From Asterias rubens (Eukaryota), in assembly GCF_902459465.1 (NCBI RefSeq), contig NC_047071.1:4464001-4528000 (forward strand): a DNA stretch of 64,000 nucleotides, given 5' to 3'. Of the stretch, positions 39,101 to 51,638 are shown piece by piece. Both the position numbers and the translations under genes were made by a program. The notes beneath the pieces were generated by a model. It saw only the letters and a program-made list of their open reading frames with translations, had not been told where the DNA came from and made no database searches. Within the stretch, counting starts at the first letter, position 1; every line of letters begins with the position of its first letter.

Positions 39101-42100
39101 ACGCACATTTATTTGTATGTTAACATCAGAAAGTCTTTTGGGGTCACAATGTTCTCATCTCTTAGTCTTTTTGCACAGGGCTGCATGTATGATTTCGCTT
39201 TTCCCCTTACACACGTGTTTTGTTGTCCTTTGTGGAAGCTAAGAAAGGTTTGCTTTAAAGCATTCTTATTGCTGTGCGCTAGTGCTATGCTAACTTGTTT
39301 CATGTTTGTCAGTCTGTAGTCGTTGTTTTGATTGTGAGAAAGAGTTTCAATAGGGGATTTTAAAAACAGCTTCAGGTAAATGTCACTAGGGTCGCTATTA
39401 TTCCACTAACTACGTCGATATTTTGGCTTTGTGAACAACTGGGTCATATCCTGTTGAAATCCTTGCCGTAACTTGATCTCCAAAACACTTTTGGACATTT
39501 CTTGTAGACTGTCTGTACCAAGCTGGTTTGTTTGTCGCTGAATCAATCAAATCCAGACAAAATGAGAAGAGAATTCTTGTTTAGCCATGGAGAAAGACTT
39601 TGCTAGGGTCAATACATCAGGGCATTAAGTTTTTTTTTTATACTCTTCAAAAACAATTTCATAATGATGATGAGGAAGATTTCTTGTCTCCTCTTCTGCT
39701 TCCTTGTTATGAGCCAGTAATCATCACATATATCCTCCTCCTTTCACTTCGCAAATAAATAAATTAAGAGAGTGATGAAGCACTTAAGTAATTAAAGTCT
39801 ACGGGATGTGAAACCCTGCACTCATGATAGCACAAGACACCGTCCGTGATGACTGTCAGAGGATGAAAGAGTTATCACAAGTAACTCACCCTAATTCAAT
39901 TCTCTTTAAGAGCCGATCTCCATCATTACCAACGGACCCAAAATAAAAACTCTTTTTATCGGAAAGCCTATATCCTGATGAATTAGTCCGACTGACATGT
40001 TGTTATTTTTTTTTCAAGACTTATTATCGAGACTTGGTTATCAACTTCCAATCAGTGTTGTTCCTCATTTTCATGAGATTTAAAGTACAGTGTACTAACT
40101 GAAATTAGCCAATAGTTTTTTTTGTTATCTTTGTTAAAGTTGATACACAGACATAAACAGTTTTTAAAAAGTATTCCTGAATTGCGCGACTCTGTATGTA
40201 AGTTGTCATTGCTTGACTTCTCTGTAGGAATGTTGTCTTAAGCCCGGTTCATACTTCTTGCGAATGCGAATGCGAAGCGAATCTTGACGTCACAAATTCG
40301 CAACGAACAATTCGCAGCAGTTCAGCTCTGCTCTACTCCCTTGCGAATAATTGCTGCGAAAGGAGGGTGTGACGTCAAATTCACGTCAAATTCGCTTCGC
40401 GTTCGCATGAAGTATGAACTGGGCTTTATGCTTTCATTTCTTATTTATTTATTTATTTATTTATTTGTTTGTTGTCCTCTCCCCCTTTCAGGATTAGTGG
40501 AGGAAAAGATTTTTGTTTGTTTATGAAATAGAACAGTCAATTATCATATAAAAGAGGCAACTTTGATGACCAACTTAGCTCAAATTTTCACAGCCTTGTT
40601 ATTTTATGCTTATGTTGGGCTACACCAAGTGAGAAGACTGGTCTTTGACAATTACCAAACGTGTACCTTCCCTTTAAAAGTATAAACGGGTACCCTTCCT
40701 TTAAGAAAGATTGATGAAATTTCATGACCAGGGGATAGGACTTACAAATTGAAGCAGCACAGAGAACGAATCTTGGGTAAATATTCATAAGCATGCCCCT
40801 TGGAGTCATAAGCATGTACTCCAAGTCAGCTTTTGAATACTAATCTGATAATTTGGAATTCTCGTCATTTCTTGGTTATTTTGTGTTCTCTTTAACTTTA
40901 AAGAGAGTAAAAGACGAATGGAAAAAGTGTTCCTAACTTCTTTTTTTCCACTTTGTAGAGGTGGTGCAGTCACCTTTAAGGGAGGGTATACAATATGTAA
41001 TCACTCTTAAAATTAATGACAAAATGTAAACCTTTTGATTGAAGTACACAACAGTTTTTGATAGTATAAATAAGGCCTCTTGAGAAACTAATTACTTCAC
41101 TTCAAAGTAATGATGTTATGCAAAAAGATGACAGTTTTTATGCCCTAAAATCTTGAATCTGAGAATCGTACTTAAACGCTTCTCAGATTGTGTTTTCCAA
41201 TTGCAAATTATTTTTCCTGCAAAGCCGAACCGCTCCAGATTTTCGGCAACACGACCACCTTATGAAAGAAATTTTCACAGGTTAGTTTTATTGTATCTAT
41301 CTATATTTATAAAAGATTAAAACAATCAGACAGTTCCCAAAACGTGTACTTTCCCTTTAACGACTACCCAGAAACAATAATGAGACATCTCAGTGACACA
41401 GGATGACAATGTTATCCAGAATGACTTGTGATAATTCAATTGTGTTTTTTGTCTCTTCTTTCCCACCACGCGTTGGCCATCCGGTGCAGGATATACACTC
41501 ACCAGAGTCCTCTTATTTGTTAGCCATTGTTAACACTTACCTGGAGAGGATTCTAAACACCAGGTGTCTTTCAATAAGTCCAAATAAATTGTAAAACATG
41601 TTTAGCGTCCCCGCAAGCTTCCTTTTTAGAGGCTGCCTTCTCTTCTTTTTTTCTTTTTATTTTTTTAATGAAAAAAATGTGATATATTTTAACAATCTCA
41701 GATTTAAGAAAAATTGCTAAGTAGCCCAGCTGGTTGTCTTTATGAATTGTGGGACGACCATTTTTAAGAAAGAGAAAAAGAGGTCCTCTTTGCTTTTTCG
41801 TCTTCAACAAGGCAGGATGCTAAACATGTTTTTATTTTTTATTTGGCCTAATGTGTAGATCATCCCAGCTAAGCTTGATGTCTGCTTGTTTCACAATTTT
41901 CTCACCGGAAACTGGATAACAATCCTGGTGTTTCTTACGATACTACGGAGTTTGTTCCTCACTTTTAACTCACATTGTTGCATTTTTTGGTTAAATTTAA
42001 TTTTTTTTTTTTCTAAGCTGTGCAGATTGTCACATAGGAATATCTAAGGTAAATTGTAGGGTAGCAATACAACCTGGAATATACCACAAAATTGAATACA

Positions 42101-44752
42101 TTAATGCCATATTTGCATTTTTTTTTTTATTTACTTAAAGAGGTTGTTAATTGCTAACCAATTTTTAATCACCATATTGAGCCATGATTGTCCCTTGGGC
42201 TTGTTGAACAATCGACAAACACAAACAGTGAAGATTTTGTTTCTGTTGTCTGCTCTTTGAAGAGCTCTGCGGAGAGCTCTCTGATCACCATATGGGCAAT
42301 AATGGTTACAGACTCTACAGACTGGAGAGCACCTTTTGCATTCATAATCACTTGATTATTTAGGTACTAGCTTTTGTTGATTAGCATCGCACCCGGCCCT
42401 TCATGGCTGAATAGATTATGCAGAATCTAATGCAGGTTCTGACCACCAGCTCTTCATTTTGCTCCTCAAACAAAAATACCCGATGGTTGCATAAATACCC
42501 AGATCATTGTTGATTTTTTTATTTAACAGAAAAAATAGTTCACCTCATATAATTTATTTATTTATTTATTTATTTCAACAAAACCTCAAAATTGGAGAAG
42601 ATGTACATACATTATATTTACAATAAAAGGTACAAATGGTATTAACATTGTGACAAAAGTGATATTTTGATTGCATTTGTAACAGAGAAAAGCTCAAATT
42701 TGCTTTGAATAACTAAATTGTTGGTTAAGTCATCATTATCAGCAGAGATATTTACTATTAGAGAGTTTTTTTTAGGTAATTTGTTGGGAGATTGGATGGG
42801 CAATTGAGGGAAGCTTTTGAAAAGCATAATCAAAAGACAGAAATTATTGTATTGAAATATAAATTTATATATAATTCTCAAAAGAACTTAATCTACCCAG
42901 CAAGTAGATATGATATATACACACTTATGACTGCAAACGAAACATTGATACCTCACCATGCAACGCCTTAAGTCCGAGAAGGTTTTCAAATCAGTTTCAT
43001 TCAGAGTGGATTTATTTTATATATAAAAAAAATAATAATCAAATCATGATGTGGTGATGTGGTTAAACTTCTAGTGTATTCCAAGTCCAATTCCAATCCC
43101 ATGATTTATTCCGATTCAACCTCAATCTGACAGACCCCCTTTATAAGCCATTCCTGTATCAAAATTGTAAATCACCGAATACAGTCCGGAAGCAAAGTCA
43201 AAACAGAATTGATGGGGAAAAAATCAAGCCTGATCACTTCGGATCCAAAGCATAAGCCCTAGTCTCGCAAATATCATTAGAGCAGCATGCAGTCCTGAAG
43301 CAAAGGTTAGTTATTAGGAGAGAGAGAGAGAGAGCAAGACAAAAAAAAATGCCAGCCCGTTTTAGCTGCAGTGGATAGAGTAGATGCTATTGATAAGGCG
43401 ATTGTGCACGCATGATGGTCAGCTGAAGAGATCATTATCCACCTAGCATAGGATCTTATTATCTACTTATAAAGCGGCAGTTTTTTTATTTTTGATGTAC
43501 ACGTTTCTAATGACACGTACGGAGCGTGATTCACTCACTAGATACCGGGCTAACTGAACAATTGAAGTCTTCAGTCTTCACCACGTCAATGTTTAGCATA
43601 GCGCAGGGGTGTCCTTGCCTCTAGATGTCTGTGGTCACACTGCAAGCTGTTCATATTTTTTTAAAGAAGTAATCGGTAATTGTATGTGTTGAAGAAAACT
43701 TAAATTTGTTTTTGCCAGTCAATTTGAGTCAAAATATCTCCCCCACGTTAATCTGTGTATTTTGTTCCTTTAAAAGGCAAGATACATACACCTTATATTT
43801 CCTCCTTTGTTTATCTGTGATGTGATGATTTATTTGCCATTATCTTCAGTGAGTAAAGTTCTTTGTAAACAACCTTTTGGTTATATTCATAATAACTATT
43901 ATTAAAAGATACACAAGCAATAGCTACTTCTCAATATATATTTTTTTTCTTAAATCTTAAATCTCATATAGTCCTGGTTAAACAAATATTTTGAAAATTA
44001 TTTTAAAAAAATAGTCTGTATGAATTGAGTCACTGCTTTGACTACACATCACTGTTGGTTTCAGATAGAAATATTCATATTTTTTAATGAACCAGTTGGT
44101 TATTATTACATGTTGGTTATTATTGAGACTTAAAATAAACAAAATTTCAAATCAATTTCAGATTATACTTTTCCGATTGTCGCCAGATATTAACATTACG
44201 TGTAATACCCTCTAAAGGTCCAATATTTTGTAATAATGAGCACGGTTTCCATGCAGATGGCGAGCATTGTTCCGTGACAAACGGCTCGTTCCAAACCAAA
44301 TAAAGGTTTACAATATGAACAGCCTTAACGCTTATTGTGCCGAGGTCGAGCGCTCCATTGTGTGGTTAAAAAAAAAACAGCTGAAGACTGCCGGCACAAA
44401 ACTCTCACAAGAGTAACCCTTTTTCCCACTTTAAGTGGCTTCCGCTTGCATTTATATCACATTATATATATTTTTGTGTTTATCTGTGGTGTTTGCTGGC
44501 AGTGGGCGTGTAGCAAGTGCACAAGGGGGGAAATTATTGGTTTACAGTTATATGCCAGAGTGCGTCACAAGTATTGACGTTGTGTTGTTACAAAAGCAAC
44601 CTTTTAAAGTCCTCGCTGTGTTCATCCGATGACCTTCTCAAGCATGTTTTTGTAAAACATTTATTTGCGTCTGGATTATTTAGTGCAAATCCTGTACCAA
44701 AATATATCAAGTTTTCACTTTAAAATGTGGCTTTTGAAAAAATGAAGGCACT

Positions 44753-45139
44753 TTAAAGGCAGTGGACAGTATTGGTAATTGTCAAAGACCTGTCTTCTCA
44801 CTTGGTGTATCTCAACATATGCATAAAATAACAAACCTGTGAAAGTTTGAGCTCAATCGGTCATCGAACTTGCGAGATAATAATGAAAGAAAAAACCACC
44901 CTTGTCACCTGAAGTTGTGTGCGTTTAGATGGTTGATTTTGAGACCTCAAGTTCTAACTCTGAGGTCTCAAAATCAAATTCGTGGAAAATTACTTCTCTC
45001 TCAAAAACTATGGCACTTCAGAGGGAGCCATTTCTCACAATGCTTTATACCATCAACCTCTACCCATTACTCATATTCAAGAAAGGTTTTATGCTAATAA
45101 TTATTTCGAGTAATTACCGATAGTGTCCACTGCCTTTAA
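44753..45139. mobile_element. Family A MITE, full length
   Basis: TTAA-aggcagtggac ... gtgtccactgcct-TTAA. Confidence 0.92.
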
Positions 45140-45433
45140 TACATGTGGTCTATCAGCAGTGTTGTGTTTTTGTTTACAGGACATTTAACACAGTAACTGG
45201 GATTGTTTAATGATTGATAGATTATCGAAGTAAATTGGTCAACTAAATACATCTGACCTTAAAGTCTGTTTATTTCGCTGTAGTGGAACACTGACCTTAA
45301 AATGTGTTTATTATGGTGTAGTGGAAGACTGGTAGGCTTTTGAAGATTTAACTCATTATATTTTATTAAAAGCCTGGTATCATTTAGGTTGAAGGTGAAC
45401 TGTGACTAATAAGAATATCTGATTCTACGAATT

Positions 45434-45795
45434 TTAATGAATTTGGGTACTTTTTCAAAATGTCCATAGATTTACATTAAACTTACAGGGTTTGAAGATA
45501 ATGATAGTGGAAAGCTTCCCTTCAAATATTACTTACTGAGGTGCTGTAGTTTGAGAGAAATGAGTAAAACAATGTCACGAAAATACGTTTGTAAATGCTT
45601 AAAATAATTTTGGTCTCATGAGACCAAAATTATTTTCATTACATTGTTTTACTCATTTCCCAAAAACTACAGCACCTCAGCACGTAATATTTTCAGGGAA
45701 GCTTTCTACTATCATTATCTTCAAACTGTGTAAGTTTAGTGTAAATCTGTGGACATTGTGTTTTTTGTCCTACAAAAAGTACATACACCCTTTAA
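45434..45795. mobile_element. Family C long-TIR MITE with a central 36-bp perfect palindrome
   Basis: Arms pair over ~150 bp (tttgaagataatgatagtggaaagcttccc / gggaagctttctactatcattatcttcaaa). Centre aaaataattttggtctca|tgagaccaaaattatttt at 45601-45636. Confidence 0.85.
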
Positions 45796-46005
45796 AGCAA
45801 CTGTTTCCAACATTTTGTAAATCAATGATTGCCATCAAACTTTAATTTGACAGTTTTAGTTAAAAGGGTTTTTGACTTGTCAATAACATGGTGCTTAATG
45901 GTTTGATTAGCTTTCCATTTTGTAATCATTGCCCTTATTTTAATATTTACAGCAATTACTGTTGCACTACCAACCCACACAATTTACCAACAGAGTACAA
46001 TGACT

Positions 46006-46391
46006 TTAAAGACACTGGACACTATTGGTAATTGTCAAAGACCCGTCTTCTCATTAGGTGTATATCAACATATGCGTAAAATAACAAACCTGTGAAAATT
46101 TGAGCTCAATTGGTCGTCGAAGTTGCGAGATAATAATGAAAGAAAAAACACCCTTGTCACACGAAGTTGTGTGAGTTTAGATGGTTGATTTCGAGACCTC
46201 AAATTCTAAATCTGAGGTCTCGAAATCAAATTCGTGAAAAATTACTTCTTTTTCGAAAACTTGGTCACTTCAGAGGGAGCCGTTTCTCACAATGTTTTAT
46301 ACTACCAACCTCTCCTCATTACTCGTCACCAAGTAAGGTTTTATGCCAATAATTATTTTGAGTAATTACCAATAGTGTCCACTGCCTTTAA
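46006..46391. mobile_element. Family A MITE, full length
   Basis: TTAA-agacactggacactattggtaatt ... aattaccaatagtgtccactgcct-TTAA. Confidence 0.92.
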
Positions 46392-49013
46392 GTGTTGTAA
46401 TAAAAAGGTGCCTTTTGTGAATGAGTGAAAATTAACATAAAAGGGCAACACTTTTTTTCTAAATAGAGTATTACACGATTCATGTGACAGGCCATGTGAC
46501 AGCTGCTCCCCTGTGACACTCTACTCCAGTCAGAAGATATTAGCTCGATTTCCCCCCAACTGAATTTCCAGCGAGTGAATTCATTACGTGAAATGTTGAT
46601 CAGCGTTTGACGACAGTGTGTGGCATGGTCTCCATCTCCGCATGATAGGAAGGGAAAGAAATGCGTGTTGAGATCGTATATATGCAGTCAGATAGACAGC
46701 GCTTGATCCCGAGTCTGTGAGAAAATATCTCCCAATTATTAAAGATGCTGTTTTAAAGATGCACACTTCAGAAAACCTGCCAGTTTTTCAAGATGTATAC
46801 ATATATTTTTTAATAAAAAGAACACTTTTGAATTATTGAAGATGGTTGTTGAGGCAGATTTATCAAACAAACTACCCTTGTTATTAAAGGTGCATTTTCA
46901 CATTATTCCTTTTTTCTTTCTTACTTTATAACACCTCATCTATAATGATTCAAATTTAGCATGTTCACAGATTATTTGTTCACATGCTGAGTAACACTTA
47001 CCTGAGCAAATACTACCAATAATTATCAGAGATTTATGTTTAGCATTGTTGCTTGTGGAGGTGTGTTTTGTGATGTCAGTGTTTAAGAAGTTGTTACAAA
47101 TATTCCAACTGCTTTGATCTATATTACTGATCATTTGAAAGTATGGTGCATTCGCCTCCCAGAAACTATAGTTGCACTTTTTTCCTTTTGGATGACCATC
47201 TCTTCTGAGCTTTAGGCACTTGTCAACTGTTTTTGAATTCACAACCTTCATCCTTTATGTCCATGCCCTTGGGGACTTTATGGCTAAAAGTCTTCGGATG
47301 CAATTGGAAAACAGCCAAAGTGTGATATTTTCTCAATTTGGGACTCACTCCGTTCTAATAATTGCTGAGCAATTTCATTTGTGAAGCAGAAATTTATACA
47401 ACAAATCAAGCACTTCTTTTTAGTCACTGTTTTGCATCTTTTGGGAATTGTCAACTCTCAGCCTGCCCAATATTATGATAGAACTTTCAACTTGCGATCT
47501 TCATTGTCAATTTATCAATATCTGGATTACACACAAAATGTAATCTTGGAAGATTAATCTTTAAGACGGATCCATCATTTATAGAATGTTAGGAATGTTG
47601 AAGTAGGAGTGGATTCCTGTCTAGCCATAGATTGATATGTGGCAGTGATGGGCTCTCTCGTGGTCAAGACATGGCTGGGGTTGTTCGGCTCGACTGGCTC
47701 CTTAGTCAGGATTTTCAGCTCCAATTTCCTTTTGAAATGTCTACAATGTTGGGTGATTGCAAAACGTGTATTTTCATATAAAATGAATACCTGTCTGATT
47801 CTCATGAGACAAATTAAGTCTGCTCTTTTTTCTTTACATGTATTTGAATTTGTCAAGAAAGGTACTTAACAATATTTGGTGCAAAGTTTTTCTCACTGTT
47901 TGTCAATAATTTTATTTATTTCCCTCCTTTATTTAAAACGCCCCTTATATGATGTGGATGAATTACATGTAGTTTGCTGTATTTAACTATTTTTGACCTG
48001 CTCGTGTTAAATGCTATGTTGCACTTTTCTGCAAAAAGAAACACTTTTAAGCATCGAAAAATTGAATATTATCCTTTTTTCCCTGCAAAAGAATTGTTAT
48101 GGCTACTTAGCAAAATATGATCAACCTACTAGATGAGTTTAATGATAAAAGAGGCACATTTTTGTTTGGAAATAATTTTGTACATTGCATATTTTTCAAT
48201 AAAACTGAGAATGTTACTGTTAGAGAGAACTCCTGTACACTCCACTCAGCTCATTGGGCACATCACGGCCATTAAATCCCCGACCTCAAGCCAATTAAAC
48301 CCACCACGGTTAAATTGATTGAAGCGTTAAATTGACTTTTTTTTTGTCAAAGGAAAGTGATATTTTTCATTATGCGCTGATCAGAGATAAAAACTCATAA
48401 TATTTAATGAAAAATTGATGAGTAGAAATTCCTTTCAATATCATAAATTTTGCAGGTAATGACAAACTTAAAGAGGCTCAACTCCATTTAGTAATTACAG
48501 ATTCATAAATGCATACATGTAAAAGCGCTGTCATTAACAAAACAGCGTCAGATGCTCTTTAGCACATGTAATTGTCAGCGCTCTTTAATTAAAAATGTAT
48601 GGTCTGTCAATCACCTTATTAGAAAAGCAATTATCTATACATCCTAAAAAAGTATAAAGCGTTATTCTTTAATGACTGTATTTTAAAAACATGGGTAAAG
48701 AGCGATGTAATCCTCTGCTCAGTGGAAGTGGATTTCAGTTTAAAAGCTTTATGATGCAAATTGTGGAGCAAAATAATTGTTTTCATTTAAATTTTAGCAG
48801 AGCAAATATGTTTCTAAATGTCAAGAATCTAGAATATGTCGACCTGGGTGATTTTCAGCAGCACTAATTCCCACAAAACATATTTTAGTCACATGGTTGT
48901 TACCTGTCAATCTCTTCAGTTAAACTTCTGGGAACTTTTCAGGGCTGAAAGTTAACACTGAACCTGAGGCAAGTGATTTTAGCGTCTGGGCAGTAAGCTT
49001 ACGACCGGTACTG

Positions 49014-49601
49014 GGGCGGATTGCAATAAACGGTCTTAGTCAGCAGTATAAGACCAGTCAGTTATAGCAGGCTATCTGCCTTAGACGGTCTTAGCTTAGT
49101 CAGTCATTATGCCTGTTGCAATAAGCCGGTCTTAAATAAGTCGGTGAAAAGTAATGAAATACGAACAAATGTCCCATAATACTTAGCACTCTGCAGGCAC
49201 TGGCGGTATGGCTTTGTTCTTATTGCTTTGGTTTAAATCATCGGATATCAAATCTGTGAGTTGTATCATTTTTACTTTTGGGAACACACATTTACGATAC
49301 AGTCAACTTGATCATCATCATAATGCCTCCCATGGGTGTAATCTATTTAAAAATAAAATACAATCTCATCCTAGAGCTCTTTTTATCAAATCATCTACAA
49401 CTAACAAATGCAGCGCCATCTTTAAAAACCAAAACAAAGACAGATTATAGCCAGCTCAGAGCAGGCTTAAGATTTAAGACTGGCTATAATTATAGACCGC
49501 GTTATTGCAATCGGTCTATAATTAAAGACTGTCTAAGCGCGTCTCAAGTTAGCCGGCTATAGCGCATAGACTGGTTTAAGACCGCTTGGTGCAATCCGCC
49601 C
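49014..49601. mobile_element. PIF/Harbinger-like MITE (gggcggattgca termini)
   Basis: ggggcggattgcaataaacggtctta matches the reverse complement of 49577-49602 at 23/26 positions. Flanks ctg/ccg, with subterminal ggtctta/taagac repeats. Confidence 0.7.
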
Positions 49602-51251
49602 CCGGTCTTGTGTTTTTTAATAATAACACCTTACTGCATTTTTAATTTTAACTGATAAATACAAATAATATCTTTCAACTCTGAAATAGTATTGAAGTGT
49701 TAACCACAAGAAATTATAGATAAATATTCTCTAACTGCTTGTTCCAAAAACATCTCAAATATGAAACTGTATAAACCGCGTTCTTCTCATTTTGATTGGG
49801 TCTTGCAACAAATTCTCTGGTCCAGTAAAAGGTTTGAGCTAACCCCGACAGTCTTGTGGAATCTTCCCACAGATTCGAGCCCTGCTTTTGTATACTGTTG
49901 TATATATCGGAAGGACTTAATAAATAGTAGAAATATTAAGAAAAACAGTAACGACTTGAAGAATGGAGAAAGTTTTACTGCAATCAAGGAAAATAAAAGC
50001 TGTGTCTAATCTGTCTTGATAAAACCCAATGTCCTGTTGGAATTTGTCGGCGGTAAATATATTACCAATGTAAAAACCTGACAACCACATCCTTATTATC
50101 ATGAGGATTATTTTCCTCTAAAGGTTGTTTTTTTAACGGGTTGAGTTTAAAAACAGATTTTTTATTTATTTTAGTGGTCTGTGGGATCTGTATTTTAGTT
50201 TCCTTTTCTTCTCACTTGAAATGTCTTTGCGAAAGTCATCGTTGTCAATACATGTACTTCGGTAAATAAATTCCGTTGATTATTTGCTGTATTCCTAAAC
50301 AAATGATTAACTACCCATTGCTCATCCTTCATAACATGACATTTTAAACCTAGTTTATTTTTCACAATAATCCTTGGTTTAGTTTCCTTTTCTTCTCACT
50401 CAAACTATTTTCGTATAAATCATCACCAGCAGTCAAAATACATAACGCAAACCTGTTTGCTGTCTTTAAACAAACCAAACATTGTTACATGAAACCTTCA
50501 CAACATTCCATTTAAAACCCATTTTACTTTTTTTCGCAAGAATCCTTGGTTTAGTTAGGAATACTTAACTTCCCAGCCAGACCTATCCACCTATTCACCC
50601 CAAGAAAAAAAAGCTTACAGAAACTACACCTATAAATAACACTTTCTTGTCTGACCCTGTCAGTTATGGATTGACCCCTGGGGGTCAGCAGGGGATGTTA
50701 CCATTCCTTCAATTGCTTGGTATTGAATACAATGTCAGTCAATGCAGACACTTTTGTTATGTGAGCCAGTAAGTGTAGTGAGTCAAAACACCTTTCAGAC
50801 ACCCCCCCCCCCCCTTGCAACCACCAAACAGCATGCTGTGCTCGCAGCTGTAGAACAGGCGTGAAAGTCTCCTGTACCTCTTTTGGGGATATTTCCTCTA
50901 TTGAAACGGAGTATTGACTGCTCCAATCTGTTTACCAACTATCGGAACCAGCAGCGTAAATACTGAAATGGTAGGTGGCCTCATGCATCAACTCCACAGG
51001 GTCCTTTTCCCCAAAATCTGTGCCAGAATTAAATTCTCACCAGAGTTCTGAATATGACGCCAAATCCAAAACTTTGTCAAGTTTCTCTGATTCGGTTTCC
51101 TACATGCAATGAGATGTTGTTCGAGGCCATTTGTTTTTATGGATGTGGTTTTTGAAAACGCTCAATTCCACACACCCACTTCTTTTTATTGGTTTCTGAG
51201 GTGATCATTTATATCCAAGGATGAAGTTTTCTTCTCATAAGACCACAATGA

Positions 51252-51638
51252 TTAAAGGCAGTGGACACTATTGGTAATTACTCAAAATAATTGTTAGCAT
51301 AAAACCTTTCTTGGTAACGAGCAATGGGGAGAGGTTGATGGTATAAAACACTGTGAGAAACGGCTCCCTCTGAAGTGCCATAGTTTTCGAGAAAGAAGTA
51401 ACTTTCCACGAATTTGATTTCGAGACCTCAAGTTTAGAACTTGAGGTCTCGAAATCAACCATCTAAGCGCACACAACTTCGTGTGACTAGGGTGTTTTCT
51501 TCTTTCATTATTATCTCGCAACTTTGATGACCGATTGAGCTCAAATTTTCACAGGTTTGTTATTTTATGAATATGTTGAGATACACCAACTATGAAGGCT
51601 AGTCTTTGACAATGACCAATAGTGTACACTGCCTTTAA
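51252..51638. mobile_element. Family A MITE, full length, with a perfect native 19-bp/7-nt hairpin (51414-51458)
   Basis: TTAA-flanked TIRs. Its hairpin is identical (reverse complement) to the palindrome axis. Confidence 0.93.

Larger units (their letters stand above)
11566..42404. repeat. Giant inverted repeat (palindrome), arms ~15.4 kb, 7-nt spacer at 26981-26987
   Basis: atgaagggccgggtgcgatgc at 11566 is the reverse complement of gcatcgcacccggcccttcat ending at 42404. Mirror ORF pairs in the track include 16588..16827- / 37124..37363+, 18933..19232+ / 34722..35021- and 15106..15351+ / 38593..38838-. Confidence 0.98.

Noticed and set aside
38729-39319. 196-aa Cys/hydrophobic ORF, the longest real ORF in the track
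   Set aside because: It lies in the ~160-bp direct-repeat block. Its mirror copy is split into three short frames, and it has no splice context or recognisable domain.
42944-42968. 25-bp exact match to 60826-60850
   Set aside because: Most likely a relic of an unrecognised dispersed repeat. The copies are 18 kb apart with no array structure, so it is not CRISPR-like.
49761-50102. FLDCSKTF resemblance to the RT motif FLDxSKAFD
   Set aside because: The flanking RT motifs are absent and stops are nearby, so the evidence is insufficient.
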